Shown: in pieces, positions 26,552-38,583 of the stretch | Layout of the letters: each line of letters opens with the position of its first letter | How positions within the stretch are numbered: the first letter of the stretch is position 1 | DNA from: Camelus ferus | Taxonomy: Eukaryota | DNA length: 64,000 nucleotides | Direction of reading: 5' to 3' | NCBI RefSeq assembly: GCF_009834535.1 | Contig: NC_045697.1 | Coordinates: 100,938,001 to 101,002,000 of the forward strand | Notes under the pieces: generated by a model | Database searches by the model: none | What the model saw: the letters and a program-made list of their open reading frames with translations, nothing else | What the model was told of the DNA's origin: nothing | Made by a program: the position numbers and the translations under genes

Positions 26552-28332
26552 CTCTATATATTATTGACCTATTGCATTATGATTATTTTTGAAACTTTAC
26601 TTCCCATTGCAGTTCTCAGCACTTTAAGTCCAGGTTGTATCTGACTCATGAATTTCAACGCCTGTTGAACTTGAGCTATGGAATAAGGCTTGTGGGCTAA
26701 GTATGCTGTGGAACACACCAGAAAATCCAAAATTCAAGAGAATTTCGCCTATTAGTCAAGGGAATTTCAAATCATTATGAAAGAATTGGACAAGAACAAA
26801 CCTAATGCACCATAACTGTGACCTGGGGAAAACCATAAGGGCAGTAAAAATAAAACATTAGGACAAAGAGTCAGATCCACTTGAGAAATCAGGAAGACAT
26901 AATGGAGAAGGTGGAATCTTAGGATGGACCATGTGCAGAATTTTGAATAGGATTACGTACATGGTTTTGGCAGAAAGAAATAGAAAATAGTGGGGAGATA
27001 AGAAGAGAAGAATTTCTTGCGAAAGGAACACAGCAGGGAAAAGGGAAAGGTGAAAAGTGAAATCCACTAAGGGAACAACAGTTTGTATAGCATTTAAGAA
27101 GCTCTTCAGGAGAAGGAGGCAATGAAGGTCGAAAGTCAGTGCGGTGACGTCACGGAGACTTTGTCCAGTGAATGAGGGGGACTCCCTGAAGGTTTCTGAG
27201 CAGGGAGTAATGTATTAAGACATTTGTGCTTTAAAAGAATCAATCTTCCTAATTAATTACCTTGTAGCCTTTAAAATACTTTTTAAAAATGTGATCTGAA
27301 TTACATTATATGAATACTATAAGCAAGGCTTTCTTATGTTAAAACCCTTTTCATTATGTGGTTAACGTATTCATCGAACAGTAGATCACATAGATTACAT
27401 CTGTTCCCAGATGACAATATTTCATTGGCTTAGCTGAGAAGAAAATAAATGAAAGTGAAGCGGTAATAATGGCTGTGGTAGTTCCCCTAGAAAACTGGTC
27501 TAAAAGACTAGGTTATCTTTTTTTGGGGGGAAGGGGTAGTTATCTGAAGGGAGAAGAGGCTAAGAAAGTTCCCTTCACTTAACGTGATTTTCTGCCCTGC
27601 CAAATGTTAACGAGTACTTATTTCATAGAGCCATATTTACTTCTCCATTACTGCTTTTGACCGACAAATGCAATACCCGTTGCTGAAAAAGCCCGCAGAA
27701 AATGATCTGCATAGTGTGATATCATTTTAAGCTTAAAGTGTTTGGTCAGATCAGCGCTCAGCTTGATGGACAGGCTGATCCCATGCTCATCTGAGTACTG
27801 CCTCTGCCTCCATGTTTGTCCCACACCACTGCCCTATGATCTAGGGCAATTTTAAGATCTACATCAACTTATCGTTTTAATTTAAAAAACTGTATTTCAT
27901 CAATAAAGTCATTAATAAAGCAATGGGATATATAATACATATGAAAAACCTAAAGCAAATTAATGCTTACAAGCATTGGCCATACTTTCCTTTTTTATTT
28001 TAAATTTGATCCTAGAGCTATATGTGTATGTGTTTACATGTACACAAACACCCCAGTGAGAAGTGAAGAACAGCGAAGAACTTGCATATTCATGCAGATA
28101 TTTAAAACTCAAGAAATAGTCGAGTCTACACCCACACCTCAACATTTGTCTCTGCCAGTAGCATACAGTAGTATTTAGTGAAATTATAAGGGTAGGTTCC
28201 ATGTTTCACATACCAATGCTTTATATATGCTCATGTAGATTTGGTGCACCCTGTGGACAGTTTTCAGTCTTATCATTGTGTTATGCATTTAGAAACTGGA
28301 TTGAGAAAAATAGTGAATTCTCAAGGTAGAAA

Positions 28333-29190
28333 CTTCCAGTTTCAGACGAGGTGGAATAAACACAATCTATTTTACTTTCCCCACTAATCATACCAAAAAA
28401 AAACACCAAACAAAAACACACTTCTGGACAAAACATATAAATCATTTTCAGAACATTCTAAGAAGTGGAGGAAAGAAGGCAGATTGCCTAGGAGCCTCAG
28501 GACTGAAGAATTGATCACAATGTTTCTTTTTTTTCCCTTGCCTCCTATATATCCCAACTTAGGAGCTAAAGAAGCCCCCAATACAGCAAAATGACAAATA
28601 AAAAAGCACCCAAGAATAGCCAAAGGACTAGTAAAAAGGTTGCCCAACAGAACAGAAAACTTTAAACCATAACTGCCTATTCTGAGGTTGAATATCACAA
28701 AAATAGCAGTGCTCTTCCAGTCAAAGGACGGTGCAACAAGAGGTCACTGAGAAACAGCCCCCCCAGTGAAGCCCATGAGCAGGGAGCCAGTATTCCGCTC
28801 CTATGCTCATTTTCCCAAAGGGATGGCATCCCTTTCCCCGTGGGGTCTGTCACTGAACTGACTTCCAACCGCCGTGAATTAAACAGAAGGTGCCCCTCCC
28901 CAGAGCCCACAGTTGGAACTCTGACTTCACCACCTACTGCAACTATAGGGCAGCAGAGCCACTTTCTGCAGCAGAAGAGTTTGGGCAGGAGGGTGTGACT
29001 ATTAAGGGCTAACCCAACCCTGAGACAGTTTCTGTGCGGTAGTGGAACAGGTATTTATGACACTTACGGTGAGGATTACTCTAATCTACACCTGTAATAG
29101 AATCTCATAGAACTAGATAGCCTGCTCACCAAAAACAAAAACAAACAAACAAACAAAACCCAAAACCGGAAACAAAAAACGGGAGAAATA
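28333..29190 (+). mobile_element. Ancient L1M 5' end (L1MC/L1MD-like 5'UTR)
   Basis: Begins acttccagtttcagacgaggtggaataa, then ctggacaaaacatat...gaaagaaggcagattgcctagg, typical of L1M 5' ends. Confidence 0.7.
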
Positions 29191-30317
29191 AGGACCACAG
29201 TTGTGTTAACAGTACTGTAATAGCACAAAGTCAACGTCTTTAAAACAAGAAAGACAAATATATATTTATGCATTGATATACCATGTATATTGGTTAGACA
29301 ATTCTAACTTATTTTCAGTGCTTTCTTCCTGAATATCTGGACACCAAGTAACAAATGTATTATGTAATAAATGTGATAAAACTTTTAAAAAAACGTTCTG
29401 GTTTTGCCACTCAGATTTTCTAATACTATTACTAAGCCAACTGTAACTAAATAATAACTATTTTCCCCCTAACTTTGAAAATTTGCGTTCTTAATCCAAG
29501 AAGAGTAACTGCTTGAAAAGGAAAGGAAAGTTACTCCTTCACATCTGGATAACCCTCTTTTTGACTTACAGGAGTGTAGTCATAACCAGAGGATATTACA
29601 GGATAAACTCAGTTGGTTGGCCCATGTGGGATAAACTACTGATGCAATATTTGAAAGTAGCTAAAAGCAAAACAAGAAGTCGAGAAAGTATCTAAAAATT
29701 ATAAATAGTAGTGATAATACTTTGCTTTTTGCGTCATGCCTTTTCCCTAAGGAATAGAAAGCTTCCTCTTTTAATCTCATCACTTAAGTGATAAAGTTCT
29801 GTATTGATGGCTCTTTTTCAAATGGCATAATTAAATAATAGGGCAGTTAAGTGCCTTGCCTCAAGCCACAGTGGACATCACTAGCAGCGTCAGAGTCATA
29901 AATTAGGACTCATGGTCTCCATAAAGTGTCTGGCTTCACAGTTAAATTAGACTATACTTTCAGCTAAATCTGAACACCATCCCATTGAATGAGCAACAGT
30001 TAATCCTAGAACACTATGTATGTTTAAGCAGCACGGCTTCTACCAAAATTTTCTGCCAGCACAGTGCTAGTGCCACTCTATAAGCAATACGCTCAGTCAT
30101 CTCAGTCATTTGGTTTATTCTAATTTAATTTCTGCTTAACTTTTGTTTGTTTTCTTTTTCTTTTTCTTTTTTGAATTCAGCAACTTTCTAAGTTCCTGAA
30201 TGGGTGGAGATGTCAAGAACTACTCATTGTGATGGACCATGCTTCTTTATCCTAACCTTGTACACAAACTTCCCCAAACAGAAGGCAGAATCATTAATGC
30301 ATCCTGTCATCACTTAC

Positions 30318-30426
30318 TTTCTTCTTTCCGTTTCGAATCTATGGAGAAGTTTCCGAAGACCGCCATTCTTAAATCCCTGAAAATGGGCAGCTGGGGCTCC
30401 CACGGTGATGACATCGTACAGGGCAT
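30318..30426 (-). CDS. INPP4B: INPP4B coding exon, 109 nt ([36 protein letters not shown])
   Basis: Acceptor cctgttccag, donor AAA|gtaagt; lies within ORF-track entry 30314..30616; carries the INPP4-family [12 protein letters not shown] segment. Confidence 0.97.
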
Positions 30427-30676
30427 CTGGAACAGGAATGGACAAGGAGATGAACGCTTTGCAAACATTTATCTCCAGCATGCTGTTTGCACTGAAGCAT
30501 ACACACTGTGGGAAGTTGGAGACATTATTCTGTTTAATTTTGCAGGAATAACTATGAACTCGTATCTCAAGGGGGCAAGAGGAGCTAATCAATCTTTCTA
30601 AAAGCCACCTGTGCACCTAAACAAGTTACAATATTTCCTTGATTTATGACTACATCTTAATTATATGCTACTGTGT

Positions 30677-30691
30677 AGAACAGAATGTTCT
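30677..30691. promoter_or_regulatory. Perfect consensus steroid hormone response element (AR/GR/PR/MR), AGAACAgaaTGTTCT
   Basis: Exact IR3 palindrome in the sequence; function not demonstrated. Confidence 0.45.
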
Positions 30692-31620
30692 CTCATTCTT
30701 CTGTAGACTTACTGAGATAACATGTTAATTGGTCTTTTGTGTATTTTACTTTACTTAGTTTTGCATCATTTAATTTGCAATTATTTCGAAATTCAACAAT
30801 AATGAACAATCTTCCAACCAAAATTTACAGAGAAAAGAACCAAAATATTAATGCATTTTGACTCAGGGCAGAACAGTACTAGTGCATTAAAAAAAAATCT
30901 ATACAGAGTAGTTCCTGCCTGTATCCTAAATCTTACACTATTTTGAATGTCTGCAATTGAGTTTTGCAATTTACTTAGGTGACACAGAAAGAATATAAAA
31001 AATGTCTCTTGATCTATTTTCCAGTGAGATACTTTGTTTTTTTAATAAAAAATCCATACATTTAAATTGAAACTCAGTCCTTTGATCTTGAAAGCCATCA
31101 AGTTTGATACATATTAAGTTTACTGCTTCAAAACACGCCATCATTTTTACATTCTAATGAAAACTGTCGCCATAAGAAGGAAGACAAGGTGAATGCCCTC
31201 TTGTTAAACCACAGTTTGTTTGAGAAACCTAATTTCATAGTAGAACCTTTTCAAATTGATTTGGTATTGACACCATGGTTGTTTTTCAGACCTCATTTAC
31301 AGGGAGAACATACATTATTTTATTAGCTTCAGGTAAACACCATAACTTCTTCATAGTGGTTAAATCCAAATGAAATAGTTTTCTTTTTTTAATAAAATAT
31401 GTCTTCAAGTGAAAGACTTCAGTAGCACCCTGAGAACTCAAGGTCATAAAACACCAGAAACACAACTCAAGCAAAACCATGGTAGATACTGAACCATCAC
31501 GTAATAGACTGCTGGAGTGGTGATCTCTTGCCCTTCTAAAATATCATTAATAAACTAGATGTCATCTTTTCTTAAAATAGCAGCATATTAGACTCATGTG
31601 AAAATTTAAGATTTCTGAGG

Positions 31621-31770
31621 CCAGGGGATTTTAACCTAGGGCTAAGAAAAGGGGTTAAAGTGTCCATGAATAGATGTGAAGTGGATTAGCGCACCCATTC
31701 TACTTCATGGAAAGGGGTCACAGCTTTCTCAAATGGTCATGAGATCACCCAAAAGTTGCCAACATTAAAT
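31621..31770 (+). mobile_element. Charlie4z-like hAT MITE
   Basis: caggggattttaacctaggg...gtccatgaa...ggggtcacagctttc...cccaaaagtt. Confidence 0.6.
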
Positions 31771-31779
31771 TCTAGTCCA

Positions 31780-32080
31780 TCTTCTTTTATCTGATGAGAA
31801 ACCTGATGACCTTAAGAAGTTACTGGGTTTGTTTAAAGTCTCGAAGACCTTACACCCAGGGGCTTCTGCCTTCTAACCCAGGGATGGAGAGGCAGTGGTG
31901 TAAGTTACTGACTGGACCCTGAGTCCCTGGCTCCGGATCCCAGCTCTGCCATTATAAGTTGTGCAGTACTGGGAAAATTACCTAACAATCTCTATATCTC
32001 AGTTCCTCAACTAGAAAATGGAGTTGAAAAGTAGTTTAAAAAAGTAAGCATTCAGTATGTATTTATTATCTATGATTATT
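31780..32080. mobile_element. Two MIR fragments, the first on the minus strand and the second on the plus strand
   Basis: tgatgagaaacctga core; ggatcccagctctgcca...ctcagttcctcaactagaaaatgg core. Confidence 0.65.
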
Positions 32081-32299
32081 TTCCCTATAGGAAGTAATTC
32101 TACCAATTAAGCAAAGAAAAGTGGTATTTTAACTTTTGATAATTTCTCCATAAAAATAAACTTTTCAGTCTGAAAAGGAAAGTGATTCTGGGGCTCAGTC
32201 TTCTGAATAAGATCAGTTCCTGCATTAATTTGAACTAAATGCGAAAAAAAAATCATCATAATGCTGCAATGAAATACACTGCACTTCTGCTAAAACCAG

Positions 32300-32630
32300 C
32301 AACACCAACAATATACCAAAGAAACTATAAACTGTATCCACAGGTCCCTCCAAGCCCAAACTAAATGTTCTCCTAACTGTATTTCCAAAAAAGTTGTCCA
32401 TGGCCTCTCCAATACCACTCAGCAAAAGGGCAAGAATGAGGGAAGGGGAAATCTGAGTGAGAGAGTAGTCTTAATTGATGGAGATTAAAATGACTTACTT
32501 TGCAAAATTTGCAAAACCATCTGACCACAGACTTGTTGCTGGGGCCCTTTGTGGAGTCTTGTAAGGAGGCCCACGCACATGCAGAGCCCTGAACTTAATC
32601 TTTATTAGCTTCGTGGTGAATCTGCCTCAA
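32300..32630 (-). mobile_element. MER115/Zaphod-like hAT-Tip100 5' fragment
   Basis: Ends ...gccctgaacttaatctttattagcttcgtggtgaatctgcctc, the reverse complement of the CAGAGGCGGATTTACCGTGAAGCTAATGAAG terminus; also ttactttgcaaaatttgcaaaa. Confidence 0.7.
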
Positions 32631-32929
32631 TTTATTCATAGTTTCAAGCAGCTTCCAAAGCTACTTTCTAGGAACAGAAACTTTCTGTTCCTTTATTCAT
32701 TTCCTTCACTGCTCTTGGGAATTCTAGTCAACTTGAAGGAACCAAGAGACTTTTAAACAGCAGGTAAAGGAAGAGAAGCAAGTTGCTCAAATACTCTCCA
32801 TTCAATAAATAACTGATTATTTATTTTTAAATCTAGATGGAGGAGCTTGCATTTCTTGAATTAATCTAAAGAACTTCCGAAGTTATGAACAAGCTCTCTC
32901 ATATCCAAAGTTCTGACTTTTACTTCTTT

Positions 32930-33580
32930 CCATCCTATTGTTTCTTCATGAACTCATCCCATTTAGAGTTTTAACGCTGTATTTTTACCAAAGGCTATAA
33001 AATCTCCATCCCTGGCTAGTTCTGACCTCTTCCACACTAAGGAATCCAGTTCTTAAGCTGTCTTATGAACATCTCTGAATGTCAACCAGCTATTAAGCTT
33101 AGCTTTCTGATTCTTCCAACCTGCTTTTCCTCCCTCGTTCCCTGTGACCAATTTAGATACTTCATTCTTTTAAATATTCCAGAGTAATGTCCTGAAGATC
33201 TCAAGATCATTTTTAATTTCTCTCTTCCTCTCAACATTTTTTTCCGATCAGTTCTAACCACTCCGCTACCAAAGTTTTATTCTCTCTTATCCATGTTAAC
33301 CATCTTTACCTTAATTCCCATCTCTCTAACTTCTTGTCAGGATTACTACTGCCTCTTCAATTTTGGCCTCCCTGCACCCACAGTGTAGAGGATCACTTCT
33401 CCTATATGAGTGGCCATGCAATCACTGCCCAGAACCCAGGCTCTGGTACTCATATCCCTCTTCAAAGATTTCAAATATTAATAGAAGAACATGCAAATGT
33501 CTCAGCATCATGCATGTTTTAAGTGCCCAATGAATGTCAATAAATAAATAAATAAATAAATAAATAAACAAACAAACAAG
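32930..33580 (+). mobile_element. Degraded L2 fragment ending in (TAAA)n
   Basis: Pyrimidine-rich L2-like text; agtgcccaatgaatgtc followed by a (TAAA)n/(CAAA)n tail. Confidence 0.5.
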
Positions 33581-33819
33581 TATTTTGAGGGTCAACTCAC
33601 TTTGTCATATTTGTCTTCAGATCATACAGGGAATTACTATTCTTAACTAAAAAGAAATACTTAGATATACTATCCAGAAATAAACATATTAGAATATATG
33701 TATAATATAGAATGCATATATATATATATATATATATCTCCAGGGGATGGGAATGAATTCATCCATTCATATACCCTCTCATAGTTCATATTCTATTAAA
33801 TAGCAGAGAGCTTATGATT

Positions 33820-34790
33820 ATCATATGCAAAAGAATGAAATTAGACCCTTAGAGCATGCACAAAAAAATCAACCCAAAAAGGACTGAAGATTTAAACATA
33901 AGACTGTATGCTTGCAAACTGTATACTTGATGAGGTTTTGTAAGGAACTCCCACAACTCAATAGTGAGAAAAATTAATAACCTTCTTAAAAATGGGTTAA
34001 TGACTTGGATAGGCATTTTGCCAAAGAAGACATACAAATGGCCAACAGGGATATGAAAAAATGCTAAATGTCATTAATTATCAGGAAACTGCAAATCAAA
34101 ATCACAATGAGATATCACCTCACATCTGTAAGGGTGGCTATTATCAAAAAAAAAAAAAAAAAAAAAGATGCCAGGTATTGGCCATGATGGGGAGAAACGA
34201 GAACTCTTGTACATTGTTGGTGGGAATGCAAAATGATGCAGCTGCTATGGAAAACAGAATGGAGGCTCCTCAAAAAATTGAAAACAGAACTATCATATGA
34301 TCTAGCCATCCCATTTCTGGGTGTTTTTGCAAAAGAACTGAAATCAGGATCTCAAAGAGATATTAGCACTCCTGTGTTCACTACAGCACTAGTCATAATA
34401 GCCAAGACACGGAAACAGCCTAAACATCTATCAGCAGGTGAATGGATAAAGAAAATATGCTACATACATACAGTGGAGTATTTTTCAGCCTTGAAAAAGA
34501 TGGGAGTTCTGCAATATGTGACAACATAGATAAACCTTGAGGATATTACAGTAAGTGAAATAAGCCAGTCACAGAAAGTTAAATATGGCATGATTCCACT
34601 TATATGAGGTATCTAAAACAGTCAAATCCATAGACTCAAAGAGTGTAATAGTGGTTGCCAGAGGGTGTGGTGGGGAGAGAGAAATGGGGACTTACTAATT
34701 AAAAGGTGTAAAGTTTCAGTCAGACAAGAGGAATAAATTCTAAAAATCTGCTGTGTAGCACTGCTATCTACAGGGTCTAAGACAACAACT
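33820..34790 (+). mobile_element. L1MA/L1MB ORF2 3' end and 3'UTR
   Basis: caaagaagacatacaaatggccaacagg...caaatcaaaatcacaatgagatatcacctcaca; ORF-track 34233..34529 is a decayed ORF2 C-terminus (LKKLKTELSYDLAIPFLG). Confidence 0.92.
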
Positions 34791-37700
34791 GAGCAGTGAT
34801 ATCTGTCTCATTTTAAAATTTTCCTCATTTTATCCTGCTCATTAAATTAGGTATCTTTGTGAAATGAATAGCCCTTAACGTTCAGATTTTTGGTACTAGG
34901 AGATAATTATAAAAATCTAGATGGGCATTTTATTTTCAAGAAAAGTTAAGCAAAATCATTGTAAGGTCCTTTTTTCTTTTTTAAAAAATATAATCTGCAT
35001 ATCGTCTTTCTTTGATATTTTATATTTCAAAAATTCCTTGCTTTATGAAGATGGTATCTGATACACCATATTAGGAAAGTTGAGTTCAAGCCGTTGAGTG
35101 TAATCAAGCTAAAGATGATAGGTTGGTTTGAAATTTAATAATAGGGCTGCCTCGTAGCCTTTTAAAAGCCATTTAATAATAGAAATGAGATAATAAGTCT
35201 ATTTTTTTCCCAGAAGATCTCTTTAAAATTCCTACAACTATAAAATTAGTGCTGATGAAAAAAAAATGTAGACATGCTGATCTCATTTCAAGGAACAATT
35301 TAAGCATACTCCCTGACTTCCAAATGGTCCACAAAATGACTTCAACATGAATCACAAGGCAATAGGGAATCTTAAGGGAAGTCTGCTTCAAAAGAGTCCA
35401 AGCCATTTGGCATCATCATTAAATACATCTAAAAGGTAATTACACTTCACTGAAGAGGTGATACACCCAAACTCTTGAGAGACAGAAGTCAGGGGGCTCG
35501 AAATACCTCCTCTTGTTTCTTCCTTCCCTCTGTGTAGAAATCAGAAGACTAAAGGGCAGAGAGGTTAGCTGACTCATTCATAGTTACACAGTAAATCCTG
35601 GCCAGTGATGCACCTGATTCCAACTGCAGCCCTATGATATAATAGAGTAGGTTCCTTCTGTTTTCCTTTTTTTCCTTCTTCCTTCCTTCCTTCCTTGCTC
35701 TCTCTCCCTCTTCCTCCCACTCTTTCTTTGCTATGTACTATAATACAATACTATATATACAACATAGAAAATAACTTAAACATGGAGTAATATCATAAGA
35801 ATCCATAATTTATCATATTCACAAACTGATTTTCTATGAAAATAAAATTTATTGAGTTCTATGGGAGAGGGAACTTTTCTTCTTAATTTCAGGGATTTGT
35901 GTTACTGTTGTCACTGCTGCTAAGATCTCTGTTGGAATGGGAACTCTATTCGTTGCATTTAAGTAATGAACAAGGATAAAAAATTAACTTAACGGGTCTG
36001 GGGGCACCTGAAGTTAAATGGAGGTTATTTCATTTGTCAGTATGAGACATGGTGACATTAGTTCTGCTCAGTTGCTTGTTTCAAGAGCTAGACATTAGCC
36101 TTGTGATTTGGTGAATCTGCCAGCTATTGTTTGCAAAGCTGCCTCTCCAAATATAGCTGGCATATTAATCAAATGTGGATAGATGCAATTTACTAATGGT
36201 AAGAATGAAAATAAATGGAGGCTACAACCAAATAACTCAACAAATACCAAGGCTTGGCCAATCTTAACTTGCATCATTACCTTGCAAAATGTTGTCTGTC
36301 ATTCAGCTAAACAGTCAAATCAGTAACCATGGATCTTAAATAAATTTAACCGCAATTCATTTGATCTCCTAAATACATGTTATATAAGCAAGTAGAAAAT
36401 CTGACTGACTACCATCTATAACTTTCAACCATTTTATTTCACAAATAAAAAAAACTGAAGTTCAGAAAGGTTATCAACTTAGTCAGAATCGAAGAAGTAA
36501 GTGGCAAAGCCCCAAAATTCAGTAGTTTTCAATTTCTATTATGGTATATAGTTGGTGGTCTAGTCTATAGAACACCTACTTGATCTGAATTTCAATTTAA
36601 AATAAGAACTTTCAAACTTACCAAAACATAAATGTTTTTAAACTTACAAATTTAATATTTAATGGTATACATATGACATGCACATCGTATGTATAATACA
36701 TGAGTAGCCTTAGGGAAAATTAATATGTAATAGAATTCAGGACCTTTGTATAATTCTTGGCTGTTAGAATACCTACTCCTTTCCCATGTTTTCGCCTTAG
36801 GTCTTCAAAAAAAGGAACCAGTTTTTTTTTTTTTTTTCCTGAAAACTGCTGCATCAAAAATCCTCTAGTTGCTGAATTATACCCTAGTTCTGTAACATCA
36901 AAATCTTACTCTTCTCTCTGCTGCTTGCTATTTGTCATCACAGACAAGACATTTTTGTATATATCCTAAAGTGGGTTGAATTGTGTCCCCCTAAGAAGGT
37001 ACTTAGAATATCTTTAGTTGTCAGTTTCTTCTTTTCACATTGGAGAAACAAAAACTAAATGCCTTGTATTTATCTCCGTTCACTCTAGTCTGTTTTCAGA
37101 TATTACCTTGGAAAAAACAGCATAATGTGAATGGTTCTTTCATTTTCAAGAAATAAGTATAAAGCAAAAGGCCACTTAGATAATAATTTCTCTTTGTTAG
37201 GTGGAAGTATTTTCAAGATTATCACCAAATATTTGAATGCATATTTCAATATACATTCATATTAACTTGGCCCAACAAATGATCTAGTTTGATGATACTG
37301 CTATCCATGGCTGTAACCTGAGTCACCCTACTCTCTTTTATTTCATTCTATCCGTCACTGAATACTTGTTTATGATGATGTTTCCAAAATGCTGCTCTTA
37401 AATCATCTTTTCTCTAAATCTGGCTACTTCCTTAATTCAAGATTTCAGTGTCTCCTAATAGGCTCTTAACTGATCACTTTTCTCCAATTTTAACAGTCCT
37501 GATAAAACTGACAGATCCATTTGTTTCAGTGAGGGCAAATTCTACAGGTATCATAAAAACTCTTACTGTTCATTCTACGTGTTGTACATGCTTTTAATCA
37601 GAACAGAACAACTGCTTAGAAAGATCAAATAACAGACTTAAGCCATATGTAAAATGGTAAAGCTGAAATTCTGTTCCATTCCAAAATACATAAATTTTTT

Positions 37701-38422
37701 ACTATATCATAAAAGTCTTCTCATACCGGCCACTAGAGAAAAAATATGTTGGCTGTCAGATAGTTTTTAAGTATTTTAGCTTCTTTATTACTTGTTGATA
37801 CTTCAGTTTGGATGATTTTTTAAAACCATTAGATGTTGTTATGTTCAAACTATTAACAGACACAGTAATCAAGGAAGGTTCCTGAATGCTTTAGGCTAAT
37901 CCATCTCACTTTTATTTCAGTTCTTACCTTTCACATAATTTTTGGTGAACAGGATCCAAGTTAAAATTTCAGATAGTTGATAAGGGTTGCCAAAGAAAAC
38001 AAAATTGTTTTATCAGAATGATTGTAACCACACTTGACCTTATATGTTAGCTGGTTTTGTAGACACCATCAGTATGTACAAACTTAGAAAAATTAATTTT
38101 TCTAATTATAAAACTTCAGATAATTTTAAAGCAGAACAGAGATTTTATTTTAACTTTTTAAAACCTGTACCCTCTGTGTTGTGACAATGGTTACAACACT
38201 GGGTGTTAAAACCCTTCTTCAGATGTATCTGCGTAAGTTTGTAAGTGTATGTTGATACACTTAGCATGAGGGATTTGATGATCTAAAGTAACTTTTGGTT
38301 TCCTATGAAGATGTGTACTAAGTAGAATGACCATAACATATCATTCAAATGGGGAGACATCTGAGAGGGAATGGAGGTGGAGGGCAAAGATCCTGGGCAA
38401 CAGGCATAATGTAGGACTTTTG

Positions 38423-38583
38423 AGGGGAGGGGATAGCACAGTGGTAGAGCACATGCTTAGCACACACAAAGTCCTGGGTTCAATCCCCAGTACCTCCATT
38501 GAGAAATAAAGAAAAATAAATAAACCTACTCACCTCCCCCCTCAAAACAAAACAAAACAAAACAAAAAGACAAAACAAACAAA
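38423..38583 (+). mobile_element. Camelid tRNA-derived SINE (vic-1 type), full length
   Basis: GGGGAGGGGATAGCACAGTGGTAGAGC...GGTTCAATCCCCAGTACCTCCA head with A and B boxes, (AAAAC)n tail, and a 17-bp TSD ATAATGTRGGACTTTTG at 38406-38422 and 38584-38600. Confidence 0.9.

Noticed and set aside
36773..36802. 30-nt in-frame cassette exon (DLRRKHGKGV)
   Set aside because: The acceptor ends in gaag and the donor TAG|gtattc is weak; consistent with chance.
38423..38498. tRNA gene (also 59805-59878)
   Set aside because: The tRNA-like head continues into a SINE body and A-rich tail with a TSD; it is a SINE.
38528..38545. Exonisation of the antisense SINE (ttttgag ... GAG|gtgagt)
   Set aside because: Acceptor and donor are only about 7 nt apart and G-rich; no other support.
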